A stretch of 64,000 nucleotides of DNA from Botryllus schlosseri. Lineage: Eukaryota. Each line of letters opens with the position of its first letter. The first letter of the stretch is position 1. A program made the translations under genes and the position numbers. Location: positions 8,742,001 to 8,806,000 of the forward strand of contig CM119378.1 in the NCBI GenBank assembly GCA_051294905.1. Reading direction: 5' to 3'. The notes beneath the pieces are model-generated. The model was not told the origin of the DNA. It ran no database searches and saw only the letters and a list, made by a program, of their open reading frames with translations. Positions 22,251-35,794 of the stretch are shown piece by piece.

Positions 22251-25200
22251 TTATATGTATTTGAAGCACTTTTGCTTGTTCGACGGGAGCCTGGTCTTGA
22301 ACAAAATGGAATCGGCACGGAACTGCGTACTCAACAACGGCATGTATCCGAATATTTTCGAAAAATGATTGATGCAACGGTTTCTCTCTTTGTAGTGGTG
22401 ATCCGAGTTGGACAGGGCTTCCGGGCAAGACGTGCACCGGAAAGTCCACCTGGACGTGACCTGAACACAAAGCCGGACTGGAAGTGACCAGAGAAGTCAA
22501 GCTGCTCCCAATTAGAAGTTAGCATCAACTTTTGCAGGGTCACAATGAAAAACGCCATGGACATCTCATGACATTGTTGCACTTCATTGAAATAACAGCA
22601 GGCTAAGCTTTTTGCAAGGTCTTACGTTATACTATATGGCAATGAACTCATTAAAATGCCTTCGAGCCTATAGCGTATCTCAAAAACCATGAATGTCCGA
22701 GGTAGCAATAAGTTCAAAGTAGTTAAAGAATGCATTCTGCCGTGTATCCCCAGTTTGGTCTATAAAAATTGATTTTTTGTTGGCAGCGATGCCTTTTTGT
22801 CGACTACATTTTATTCACGATGAAGTTGAACATTCCCTAATCATTCCAATCAAGCGATACCATAAAATTGAGCAAGCTTATCTCTGTGTAGTCACAATTC
22901 GCAGTTCTAATACCAGATTGCAAAAAAGGATGTAGGCCAGTTCTCATTGGAGCATGAGAAATGGATTAAGATTAGATTGAAAGGCTGCCTGCTGTAAAAT
23001 AACGGAAGCAACAGCACAACCCTACCTTCACAGGCGGCGCTCGCGTTATATGCGAAACAAGTAAGTTCATAGCGATATCTTCACAATTCATGTATTCGTC
23101 GATTTTGTCCTTGATCGGTTGAGGCATCCAGTTGGTGTAAAGATACATGTAGTACTGTGAAAAAATAAACATTTTACAATGATATATAGAAATCAGAGGT
23201 AGGGTCAGAACAAAACCTAGCTGATAGCGAGAAATCATGGACACTAATTACTATAATAAATATACATACAATAATCAAGTAGCATTGCAAACACATTTCA
23301 TATGCACTTTAAAGTCCTATCGATTTTACTGAAATTATTCCATACAGGAATTATCGTTAAGATTTTGCACCAAGTTACCCTTCGCAAACTTAATTTCATT
23401 TTGTGAGCACATTGTTTTTATAAATTCAAACAAACAGGTCAATTCACTTGGCAATATTGGAGTTTTGTAAAGAAATTATTGGATATGCCAGGAGTCAGAG
23501 CCCTGCTCGCAATACATCATATCTCAATGAACCCTTCCAAATGGACCACTGCTTCCACACACGATCGCGGTAAGCAACCAGTATTTTCGAGTACCTTATG
23601 AAAAAATGCCGCGCCGGTCAGCACCATCGACAGCTCGCAACAGTAATCCGAATTGTATTCCCACTTGTTCTTGGAAATATCCCAGGAATGAAACCGGCCG
23701 GGGAAACCCACGATGCGGTCCCTCTGCTCTCTCCAAACCCTGAAACCCATTGAACGAAAATTCATAAAGCTTCCGCGTCCGCATATACGACGCGTCACAA
23801 ACCTGAAACTGAACAAAATCTCGTCGTGACGCAAATGTGCGTCGTCGTCCAGCGACAGAACGGCGTCCGTCTCGATTTCGTTGTACGGCAGGAAACGGTT
23901 GTTCAGGCTGTTTTTCTTGGGACGTACGACCGTCACTTCCACCCCGATGTCGGGCCACTGGAGATCATCGTCAGGTGGCTTTGGGGAGTTCCACACGACC
24001 ACCACCTGCGCAGACCGGCAAAAAGTAGCTTTGCGATAAGTTTGCGTCTCTTAACGAGCGAAATTGTCGAAAGAACCGTGCCAAATAGCGCCTGTATCAC
24101 ATTGACCGAATATGTATTGAAATATTCTAACCTACTAGACTAGAAGTACGCAGCTCCACGACCCAACCTACTTTCTGAAACTAATGGCATTTCCACATTT
24201 TGTAACAGAAGGTGGCAACTCCATGCAGGTAACCAGTGAGTTATCAATAACTTATTTGACACACTCAAAAGCAAATATTGTATGAGTTCTCCATCAGCTG
24301 CTACAATCTTCCAATAATTGGTTAGATTGCATGAAGTGCCGATTTTGTTCTTATCAGACTTACCATCGTAACTAGTTAACTTGTGACGAGAGTGTATATA
24401 TTTGAACAGCTTCTTGGAGGTACAGAGCCTCAATATACAATTGAATAGTACATTCATATTGAAATGAACTCGAATATGTTCGATTGTTGATATACACTGT
24501 TCTTTCCAATTCCCTTCTAGTTGCTGACGATTACCCCTGGCGAGTGTCAGCAGAAAATATTCGGGTTCATTTCAATATGAATACACTATTCAATTGTATG
24601 TTGAAGTTCTGTACCTACAAGAAGCTCTATACATAATTGCATATGAGTTACTGGTTGTTACATATCCAATTTGTTTGTTGCTAATATTCCGGTTGACAAA
24701 GCAATAAAATCACCCACTTCCAATTAGGATATGAAAATACACGCCCAACAGGAACACGAACTATTACGAGAGCAAAAACTGTATGTCGAGAAGTAAAACA
24801 ATTCTCTTACCTTATTCAGAAACGGCAATCCCTTAAGTCTTTGTAAGCCTTGGATCAAGACGTCGTCTCTCTCGTAGGTCAGCATCGTGATGGTGAATTG
24901 TTCAGAAGCGACGTTACCGCCCAAAGCTTTTTGAAACTCTTCGCCCATGCCACCTCTACCCTCTCCTATCGGCCTGAATCCAGCCGACGATCCTGCGCAA
25001 GAATGTTCAGCCAAGTGAAACACTCACTCAAACAGTTGCTTTTCAAATGAATACGCCAGATCAGTTAACAAGAATATGCAGCCGACTACAAGCCACGGGA
25101 GAATGACCAATTCTGGACTGTAGCAGAATCATTCATACAATCCAGTTTTACCGCAGGACTGATCCAACATGTAGGCTCCTCCGGGACAAAAGATGTCGAT

Positions 25201-28200
25201 TAGGATCAAACGTGTTCAACATGACGGAAGTTAGATGATGAATTCGAGCTTCTCATTAGACTTGCACACACATCTCATGAGATTACAGAAAGGGTTTTCA
25301 GTTGCTTCACATAGTACGGAATGGTTTATATACTTGTGATACTTAAGTAGCTTTGTGTACTATTTATAATTCAACAGCTTTGATTCAGAAATAATAAATT
25401 GAGCATACTCTATTATTTCAAGGGTAAAGCAGTGATTCGATGCACTTCTATCACACCTTTGATCATTTCGTCCCAAGGGGTGAAATCGCCCACTTAGAGA
25501 ACAACTTCACGAAAGTGTCTTGTTACGATGTTACGGATATCGAATTACAGAAAGAGGTGATCAAGGTAAAATTGGGAATATTCTTGAACCAGAAGAACTC
25601 ATAAGGTAATAGGTGCAGGCTCGTAGCGTTACCTCAGCAGAAAACACCCGTTCTCGCGATAACAAAGCAAGTATCCGAGTATGCCGAGACTACTCTCATA
25701 TCAGAGTATAGCTCTCGCAAAGAAAATAACTTGACATACCTACGAACTTCGCATCGGACGGTAAAATCTTTTCAAACGGCGTAGACGGATACAACCGGAA
25801 AGGCCCTGGAAACCTGTTCCACAAATCCGTGACGTCGGTGGTGACCGTGGTGAAATTTCGAGCAAACTTTGCCGAATCGATCTTCCCCTCGGGCGGAGGC
25901 AAGCCGAACTCGGACTGCGCGTCGCCGGGGGCCGATTCCCTCAAAAAATCGTAGCTCCGGTGCGCCACAATGTTGCTGAACAGAGAGTCGAATAAACAAT
26001 TTTCACAAAATTTTGTTTTTTTTGACATGTAAAAAAAATCGTCCTAGTAATGAGCATTATCAACTATCAAGTAGAAGTAACACCGTACATTTCTACTCAA
26101 TTCTAGAAATGATCTCAGAAGTATTTCAAGTGGAAGTAGAAAATGAAATGATTGAGAATCAAGCAAGCAGTTTCAAAAGTGTATTTGATCAACGGGCCGC
26201 GTACTTTTAGCCATTGATCGAAGGTGGCTGATCTTTAAATTGCAAGATGTAATCTACCACCAACGCCAAATGACTAACAGGCTATTTCACGAGGTTACTA
26301 TGATAATTTTATTGGTTAATAGTAATACAAACTCTCCTAAAGCTACTTTCTACTTGCAAATACTACGTTATTGACCCCTGTTACAGTTATGCGGCTCACC
26401 TGTTTTCAACAGTCACCGGCAACGGCGGTATCTTCAGCCTCGTCCGTACCAGTGCCAGCATCGTGTCCAAGACCGACCCAGGAGTCGAAAAGTAGGCGTC
26501 GTACAAAAACCTTCCTTGCGAGCGCAGCGCAAAGATGTCCGCGTGCGGAAACGCCGACAGCACGAGCGGCAGCTCCGTGACCCTGGCCCTCGGCCAAGTC
26601 ACTACCGCTTTGGACCAGTCGACGAACTCAGCGTACGGAAGACGCACGTCAGAACCAAGCACGACAGGAACGGCTCCGGAATACAGCGATTCGGCCAGAC
26701 GCGTCATAAGTGCAGAGCTCGAAATGATCTCGCCACTCTCATCAGAAACGATGAGAGAGAATGTGCTTTTCGACAGCAGCTCGACGCGAGATCGCGAAGT
26801 GCCGCAGAGCTGCCATTCTGTCCTGCACAAATCGAAACTCAAGGTCAATTCCAATAGTTTCGAAAATAAAACTATAAATAACATTGCCCTTTATTTATAA
26901 GTGTCAGGCTTCTTGATCGGTAGGTCATGGGTTTGATCCCCGGCCAGGTCAGACCTGATTAGTAACACTGGTGTTCATGACTTTCAAGCTTGGCGCTAAG
27001 CATTACTGGAATAGCATGGAGGAGTGGTGCAAGACTTGGAAATTCTTACAAGGCTATTTCTGCATCTCCCTTGTTCAGCGGCATACTGCACATCAAGCAC
27101 TCATGATATGCAGTAGGCAAAGATCGTGTGCATGTATATCACGAGTCGGTCTGTATGCCGCAAACACATCAATGACAAAATACACAACGTCTTATCCTAT
27201 CCTATCCTTACAAGATTGGCACAATTATCTAGCTCTTTTAGTGTCATAAGGTGGCTCAAATATATGGTGTCTATCTAGTCATACACTTCACAAATGTTTC
27301 AGCACAATTTTGCGTGAGGAAAAGAAATTTTAGGTGGAATCCACACAACCAGACAGAACTACATACTTTTTACTTACTCTAAACTCGCCACCTCTAATTT
27401 TCTATTTATCATACTATACACAATCATGAACATTGCAACAGCTGCGTCCCAGAATACTTTTTATCAAGCATCAGTACGGACAAATACTTTAAACTTCGTG
27501 CCCCGAGCCAAAACGCTCAGCAGGCACGCAAAACAGTCACAGGGTCACTACTCACTTATATCCAGACACATCGGACTTTTCTCCAGGGCAGGATGTTTGA
27601 AGCATAACGTTTCCAAGACGTTTATCCGTTTTCATTTCCACAAGCTTGTCAAAGAATCGCGAATCCCCGCGATTTGTATCATCGTCATCGCCGCCTTCAA
27701 AACAGTATTACTTTCCTGTATTGCCCGGAAAATAAATCAATTTGCGACGCCTACCTGCGCCTTCACTGCTGGGTCTGTCGCCTTGAAACGAGAGGAAGTA
27801 CTCGCGCAGAACGGGCACCTGAGGAATGGAAACGCTTGCAGGATCGGAGCCTTCCTCCGAGAAAATATCCGGAGCTGAAAATTTCTCAAAATGCTGATGT
27901 GTGCGGGATGGATTTCGATACTGGCAATGAAATAAATCAAATCTCCAAGCAAACAAAATCTAAAGTATTGAATTACAAAAACGGCAATTGAAACTGCAAT
28001 CGGGCTCTGCTATCATGCTGGAATAGAGATAATTTGTCATTAAATGATGTTATTAAATGTCATTGAATGACGAAAATCATTACAAATTTTAATTGTGACC
28101 CTAGGTGCGGGAATTACTGGAATATAGCAAAGCTTGGATTTGATAAATGCGCAAATGCTACAGAAAATAAGGTCCTCCTCTAATTATTGTTGTGAAACAC

Positions 28201-31200
28201 AGATTCATTCCCCAGGCCGTCAAGTATCAAGAGCCTCCAGAGTGCTATTCCAGTCAAAATCACAATAAAACCTTTCAATATGCGACTGCTATCATATATG
28301 CACTATTCAGACCACTCTTATTATCACTAACGTTGCCAAGTCAAAGATAGCAAACATTCCACAGAACAATTTCCAAATGAAATGAAAGGTGTGTCATTAG
28401 AATAAACCACAAAACGCCTGACATTTCCAAACCAAACGTCTCGAACCTGTGAGGTAAGTCGACGACAAAGATGGCAACACAAGATCGAATCCGGCGCGAA
28501 ACTGATCCCGCAAAAACGCCGACTGCGCGACCATGGCCCGACCCGTGTTGGCCCCCAACAAAATATTCCGATCGTCAGTTTGCTTGGACAGATGAACGAT
28601 GACGTGATTGCGCCCGTCACCCCGCCAATGCGGGAGGGAAAAGAGCCAATTCTCCATAACGTCTTCTTCTACGGCCCCGTCATCTGGAAAAGCACGCACA
28701 TACCATCAGATTGGACATAGTATGTAGTCATTGTCAGTACTCCAGTAGAAGCAGAAGTAACACCGCAATTTTCTACTCGGTTACAAGTAGAAATAACCAA
28801 GACTTTGAGTACTCGAGTAGTTTCAAAAAGGAGATTTAGACGAATCGTCGCATGCTCTTAGCACCCGATTTTCGGCTGCTTCATTCGAAAATGTGAAGCA
28901 CATCCTCATGACTAACGCGGATTGAGTAATGCCACTATGAAGTGGTGCAATTCTCGAAAATACATGCACTTACATTGATACAGCGCCTATCTCACCCAAA
29001 CTGAATAGGCGGCATAATACTGTATTGTCATCAAATTTGACATGGATTTACACAAACAATGAGCTCGTCTTCCCAAATTTCAAATAGGCCTTCATGTTAC
29101 CTTAGTATTGGTCAGGCTCTATAGTCAAAACATGTAAGCGAAAGCCAGGCCTCAAAAGATAACGTCAAGTAGAGTGGTGATTTTGAAAGGTTGCATCCTT
29201 TAGATCAAGATGTAGTGAAATAATGAACCAGGAATTAGCTGACCACGAATTTGTACCGTTCTGCATAAACCACATCTAGTGATATCAATACAGTTCCAGA
29301 TAAGAAGAAAACAACGGCACAGCATATGTATAGTATATTGCATATATATTCATGAAACATCAGCTGTAGTGAAATAATGAACCAGGAATTAGCTGACCAC
29401 GAATTAGTACCGTTCTGCATAAACCACATCTAGTGATATCAATACAGTTCCAGATAAGAAGAAAACAACGACACAGCATATGTATATTGCATATATATTC
29501 ATGAAACATCAGCTGTAGTGAAATAATGAACCAGGAATTAGCTGACCACGAATTAGTACCGTTCTGCATAAACCACATCTAGTGATATCAATACAGTTCC
29601 AGATAAGAAGAAAACAACGACACAGCATATGTATATTGCATATATATTCATGAAACATCAGCTGTAGTGAAATAATGAACCAGGAATTAGCTGACCATGA
29701 ATTAGTACCGTTCTGCATAAACCACATCTAGTGATATCAATACAGTTCCAGATAAGAAGAAAACAACGACACAGCATATGTATATTGCATATATATTCAT
29801 GAAACATCAGCTGTAGACCCGTTTCACTTCAGCAAGTTTCAATATAATACCTTTTGCTAGATACCGAATTAACCTTACAGATCAACTAATACCAAATTGA
29901 CCTTAAAATAAAAAAGTCCCCACACAGTGAGCAATAGGAGAATACATTTCAATACTTAGTTATCTCAAGGTGACACTTTAGCGTCTGATAAAACACTATA
30001 GGAGAGAACTCACCCGACTCGGCCTCTCCTACGAATGCAATATACAGACACGCGATAGTTGGATCGTCGGTAACATGACCATTATCCTCAAAAACGGTTT
30101 GAACAACGTCAACAATGCTTTGATGTAAAGGAACTACAGGCTTTGGCCCTGCAGAAATGAAACGGTGATGAGAACTACAGTTTGAATCAGAGTCCCAACT
30201 ACAACAATCCAGTCCAGTAATTATGACTATTATCAAGACAATCCATTCATTGTCAACATTGACTTCCAACGAAAAAAAGATTCAGATTGAGTTGTGCACT
30301 GGTATGACAGGCTGTTATCTTACATATTGCACGGGTGGCCATGGTGTGAACAAGGTAGAAATACCAACCACTGGATTTTCAAAACATGCAACTAGAACCA
30401 CAACTACTGTACTCAAAAAACGTTATTAGTTAGTTGTCCATCAACTAACCAAATGAGTAGTTTGTTCAAGTCCGTCACATACACATTATATCTATCGAAG
30501 GATTGTTGAATTATAAGGAAAGCAGTAACAAAACAAAGCAACCACCCTGCCCTATCAAGAAACGACAAAATAACCTATTGCAGAACAGCACTGAATGAGA
30601 ACTCGATACTGACCGTTCGTGTACGATAGTGGATAAACATAAATAGGAAATCTTGAAGTAATTGAGCAACGCGAGTAATCGAAGCAGTCCGTCATTCGGC
30701 ACCTACAAAAATTGACAATTGACATCCCCATGTGAAAGACACAAAACTCTGACTCTAACATTTTCACAAATATACTCGGAAAATTATAAATTTATTGGAG
30801 GTGATAACAAAAGTTATCATAGGCCCTGGTTTATTACAATCTTTAGTCAATATATTATCAAATTATGCTCGCAGAAAGGAATTAAGTTCATGAATCCATG
30901 AGCATTTGGTTCGATTGTAAAGTAGTCGGAGTCGGAGCATTTTAACAAACTCTGACTCCAGCCACTGACCAGCCAGTAGGCCCATATGTGTTTCTCCAAC
31001 TCTGACTCCAAAGGTTTTCACAATAATTACGCCAATCCATCTCCATCAAGAGAAAATGTCAAGGTACAGCAGCCTCTAGAATAGCGAGTCGTCCTCAAAA
31101 ACAATCAAGGAAACACAAACCAAGTATAGCACGGAGAACAAGCAATCGCACTGTACCTGCTAGAAGATTTCGGCGGCGTCAAGTCTATATTATCTTCGGA

Positions 31201-33810
31201 ACTTGGTAACAGACGAAGTGGTGGAGGTAGTATGGAGTTTTGACTTTGCAATTCCAATATTTCATTTTTTCGCTGCGTGAAATAATACGTAAGAGATAGG
31301 CCTACATGTAATCAAGACTAGATTATCGGTAAATTTACATAGATGATGTCCGCCAGATATTTCAGAATTGTACATGTCAATCCGAAAATGCAAGAAATCT
31401 AATGCATATCCAATAATTAGAGAAATAAAACATCAAATTTAGAATTGAATGAGACATTTGGAAAGTATTTTCTGCATGGTTTAATGATATTGAGATCTTG
31501 GTTTACTTTGGACTTGGCGTATGTGACAATGCAACAAGTGTTGTACGTCATTGTTGAAAGCAGCCGACAATAAGCACCGTTCAAGACGATATAGTTATGT
31601 GCGAAAGCTAAGAAGACTTTTAAACAAACCACGTTCCTTTTTGACAGTGCTATTTAGCGACATTTGGCAATATAATAGCTCGGGTAGAAAAACAACAGTT
31701 GCATTTGTTTCAAAGAATCTGAACAATCAAATTAAATTCAGTGGTCTTAACATGTCTTACAGAAACTTCAATAGACCCATGCATAACGCGTCTAATATAA
31801 AAAGGTACCATAAAATGATATCTTCAATATTTCCCTGTGAGTTACATACATTTGTCCTAATTATATATTGGGTTAAGTATTTAAAGTTCCCCGGTCTGCA
31901 ACATTTGCTTTGAAGTTTTGCTGGTCCACAAGGTCAAAAAGGTTGAGAACCACTGGTCTACACTATTACCGGTATATCTTGGGTTGGCGGGGTTCTCAGA
32001 CACGGATATTTAGTATTGAAAATGGTTTGTTTGATCACGCCCACTTAGAACAAACACCATATGAGACAATCATACCTGTAAAATTTGTCTTTTCAGCGAA
32101 TTAAGGTCGGCAAGAGCTTTTTTCGCTTCTCGCTCGTAAGAGTCAGATTGACTTTGAAAGTCTGTAATTTCTCCCTGCAACGAGTATAAGATATATATCG
32201 GTACACTAATTACGCACAAAATCGATGAGATATCACGAATCGCATACCTGCAAATTATTGCGTTTACTTTCCAGCTCCCGTAACTCGGCTGTAATAGAAC
32301 GCTTTATTCTATGCAATTCATCAACGTGCTTTATGTTTCTGTAACAAATAAAAAATTATGATAAGAGACCTCTTTAACAAGCATCAACTGAATTGCATGC
32401 ATGATAAAACCGAAAATCAGAAAAAAATAATGGCTCTAATTAAACGGAAGATAGAACATTATAACATTTGTGTCAAAGAGTCAAGAATGTCAGAACTACT
32501 GAAATCTTAACGCTTCCATTAAGCCAATTTGTTTGAGGTGACAGAAAAAGAACAGATTAAGACGCAAAAATTGTAGCGACTGGTGACCAGCACAGTAGTA
32601 TTGGCAAGCATAAGTTGAAGCGAAGAAGGTTTACGCATATGGTAGCACTGAAATTCTGTAGAGTAGTCTATACAATATAATAATTAGGGCAAGTTTTTGC
32701 AACTTTTGCAACTCTTTTTTACAGCTTCCGGCAGCTTCCTAAATACTCGCAAGATATAAAGAATGCTGTTTTAAGCTGTTTGAAGGAATCTTATAGTGCA
32801 ACTTTTGTCCAGTTTTCTCATGCAACTTTTTGCAACATTTTGCAACTTTTTCAATTTCTCATGAAAGTATTTTCGATTTTGGTGAAATACACGGCAAAAT
32901 TCGACTGAAACACCGTAAATCAGCACCGAAGTAACGCTTTTATGGGTATTTCGGGAGCTAAGCCGGAAAATTGACCTTTTTTTAGTCTACCAAGCAAAAT
33001 GTGGTCAAAATGCAACTTCTGCAACTTTTTTCAAAAATAAATGCAACTTTCCACGGATTTAACTGCAACAAAAATTTGCCCTAATAATAATATAGCCAGG
33101 TTGCCATAGCAACCAAATATTTCTATGAGAGAGACCGACAGTTCTATTGAATGGAATTGCAATCAGAAATATAATACAATATGTAGCGATACGATAATTA
33201 GGGACTCTGGCGCATCATCCAGTCAGCTGCCTCTATAGAGTACAAAAACGTCTACTATATTGGGTCGAGTCTCGCGTCATCAATAAATTAAAAAAAGGCC
33301 GAACAGTGGGAAGTTGGAACATTAACAATTATAAAAAACGCAACAAAAGAATTGAATATAATCATGATTTGTTCTTAATTTCAAGAGCATTTTTTTTAAA
33401 AACTACATTGTCCTTATTTTTGACATGTGTTCTTATTTTTTGGGAACCGTCATAATAGTTAATGATCAGACGTGAATAGTAGGCCCATGTAATCAAAAAT
33501 TTGATGCCGATACCTCAATGTTATATCTTGACCATCATCGCGAATGTTGTCAGAGTGATGGTCATGGGTGTACAATAAATAATTGATAACACTGTGTCCC
33601 AGGCCGAGAATTAGTAGGATACCAATAACCAGCTTGGAGACCTTTGTGCGAAGGATGCATCTGTAAACAGAAATGCAGCTGGAATTATTCGAGAATGCAA
33701 TTACGGGTCCCCACTGTGTAAGACATGAATTCAAAAGCATACCTTGCTATGTGATAGAAATATGAAACACTGTATGGTCTATTGGCGGCACCATTCGTAA
33801 CACCAATCAT
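22251..33810 (-). CDS. EXTL3: Exostosin-like 3 (heparan sulfate GlcNAc transferase), 17 coding exons
   Basis: N-terminal TM segment, coiled coil ([24 protein letters not shown]), CFDYSRC, exostosin and GT64 domains ([10 protein letters not shown]…[20 protein letters not shown]-terminal [14 protein letters not shown]). Phase-consistent exons: 33743-33810, 33514-33660, 32248-32338, 32076-32174, 31157-31272, 30614-30702, 30014-30148, 28447-28683, 27755-27874, 27556-27694, 26400-26822, 25740-25975, 24811-24992, 23803-24005, 23595-23739, 23026-23154, 22251-22460. Confidence 0.95.
24445..24625. repeat. MITE family copy (ctgacgattacccctg core) in an EXTL3 intron
   Basis: ttccaattcccttctagttgctgacgattacccctggcgagtgtcagcagaaaatattcggg matches the right arm of 52838-53068. 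Confidence 0.7.
26065..26210. repeat. Interspersed repeat family with aagtagaagta motifs (also ~28740-28830 and ~59940-60085)
   Basis: Shared agtagaagtaacaccg..(a/t)tttctactc and a terminal gggccgcgtactttt. Judged by eye. Confidence 0.55.
26905..27210 (+). mobile_element. SINE family 2, longest copy, with Pol III B box
   Basis: B-box-like GGGTTTGATCCC at ~26927-26940, a conserved body and a (tatcc)n tail. At least three copies are in the window. Confidence 0.7.
29211..29816. repeat. Tandem array of four ~149-bp units in an EXTL3 intron
   Basis: Units start at 29211, 29365, 29514 and 29663. The first is 154 bp and the rest 149 bp; they are nearly identical and bounded by tgtag. Confidence 0.97.
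32685..33083. mobile_element. hAT-type MITE, inverted copy of 9214-9623
   Basis: TIR TAGGGCAAGTTTTTG / CAAAAATTTGCCCTA with 8-bp TSD ATAATAAT (32677-32684, 33084-33091). Confidence 0.95.
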
Positions 33811-34149
33811 TGCGCAATATGACTGTACCTGAAGGCAAAATCAGGAATTAACAAAATCATGTAAGATTCGCATCAAATTAGGCTACATTTCGTCAACCGT
33901 CATGGTTAGCTTAGAAGATGTACGAAAACTTTATTGTATAGTTGGTGCAAGGAGTCCTGCAGTCTGTATATATTGTCAACCACTACAGAGAGTAAATGGG
34001 TATCTGTCAAAACTTTGGTTGCAATATGATAATATACATGAAAACAAAGTAACGATAAGCAAGAGGTGTGAAATCCACCAACTTAGGGTTTGAATTCAGC
34101 TTCAAGCAAACAGTAGGCTATAGGTATAGGATTGCATATTACCTGGTAG

Positions 34150-34987
34150 TAGGGATGGTGTGAACCTCTGAAAGGTTCAGGTTCGTGTGAACGCGAACCT
34201 TTTTGACAGGTTCTGTGTGAACGCGAACGTGAACCTCGTGACGTCATAGTGCTAATTTCAACCCTATATTTCAATGAAGTGATAGCCTATATTAATGTAC
34301 ACGATACCTAGCGACGATTCGTGCCCCCTAATGCCACAATGCTGAAGTACATATTGACGTTTTAAAAGTCGCTAGATGTGTCAACTGAGGCAATCAAATG
34401 ATATATTAATCCCATAAAATCAATATCCTCCGTCTCTTTGCCAACAATTTCGCTGAGGACTTGCCAGGGAATATAAGCTTACGCCTTAACGGTCTAGGCC
34501 AGACCGGACAATGTCTTCGGCGTCTGAGTATTGCTATACAATACATGGATATTGAGCAGAGTGCAAAACGGGTGAAGTCAAGATTGACCCGTACGCCTGC
34601 TAGATATTTACATCAGAAACCGATATCAATCTCACTGATTGGTTGAATATGTATCATTCGCTGACTACATGTATAGTGTATTCACAAACGGAAAGCTGGA
34701 TATTTTGTGCAAACTATTGTAACAAAGCAAGTAAAATTTTTGAGATTGTCAAGGTGCATGCTCGTTTATTGTTGATTGTTTATGCTGCCAGTGCCATGCA
34801 TAGAGTGGTTCGCCGTTGAAATGTAATAAATGTGAACCAAAGATGTTATAATGAAGTGAAAATTGTCATATATGAAAAAGGTTCACAGGGCAGAACCTAT
34901 CAAGGTTCTGTTGTGAACGCGAACCTCAAAATTTCCGAGGTTCACACACTGAACGCGAACGTGAACCTCGCGTTCACACCATCCCTA
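34150..34987. mobile_element. Non-autonomous hAT element, 838 bp, in the EXTL3/NHE divergent intergenic region
   Basis: Perfect TIRs TAGGGATGGTGTGAAC / GTTCACACCATCCCTA, perfect 8-bp TSD CCTGGTAG (34142-34149, 34988-34995) and subterminal gaacgcgaac/gaacct repeats. No transposase ORF. Confidence 0.95.
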
Positions 34988-35780
34988 CCTGGTAGTCCTG
35001 GTTTATAGATCTTTGATTTCACCAAAGACCGCTCGTTTGCATCAGCACAGTCATTGTATCTTCCTAAAAAGTTGGCGTCGAAGAGACTGATAACATTTCA
35101 CAACATCTGCGGGTATAAAATTGTTGTCAAACAACGAAGGCAGGGATATAACATCATTTGATATTATATCTGATGAACATAGATCTTCAACATAATAAAT
35201 TGTTAATGATAACAAAAATTCAAGGCAATTGCTATTCTCGACTCACATATTCATTCTACAACTATACTTAGCCTATTTACAACACTTCTGCGATATATGG
35301 AGGGTTGCGGGCCTGGGCATTACCAAACTCTTAGATTAAGAAAAAACACACTGCAGGGGGTTCATTAGCATCCAAGAGAGCTTATCCTTTATCGTAACCT
35401 TGACCTGGCCGATTTCTAACTCGTCTTTAGTGAACAGACTCCCTTGTTTTCCTCCATTTGCAAACAATATACCTACTTCGTCGTGAGCGTTGTGCAAAAG
35501 TTCTGACGAGCTAAGCTACTGGAAAGTCATAAGTCATTATCATCTCATCTCCATGTTCCTTTACCGCTGCCAGCGTTGCTATCTGATGATGCCACACTGT
35601 CCATGCAGCATTGATGGCATCTGGCACGAATGATTAGCGCTCATCGCTCAGCAAAGAAGGTATTCACACTTCTCACGTAATATTATCCCCCATTTACAAC
35701 CTTCAAATACAGACTCGCTAAGTGTCGCTAGATCATCGCGGCTTCCACGGAAAACTGAATTCAGTGTTTCCTTCTATATT

Positions 35781-35794
35781 CAGTCACGTGACTG
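35781..35794. promoter_or_regulatory. Perfect palindrome CAGTCACGTGACTG containing the CLEAR/E-box consensus GTCACGTGAC
   Basis: Seen directly, about 260 bp upstream of the NHE ATG. GTCACGTGAC is the established MiT/TFE (TFEB) and USF site. Function here is inference. Confidence 0.55.

Noticed and set aside
23826-27991. Plus-strand ORFs (23826, 26516, 26535, 27426, 27674)
   Set aside because: They are antisense shadows of GC-rich EXTL3 exons, where stops are depleted.
29235-29727. Three repeated ORFs starting [11 protein letters not shown] on the minus strand
   Set aside because: They are by-products of the 149-bp tandem array. The unit length is not a multiple of 3 and there is no protein-like signal.
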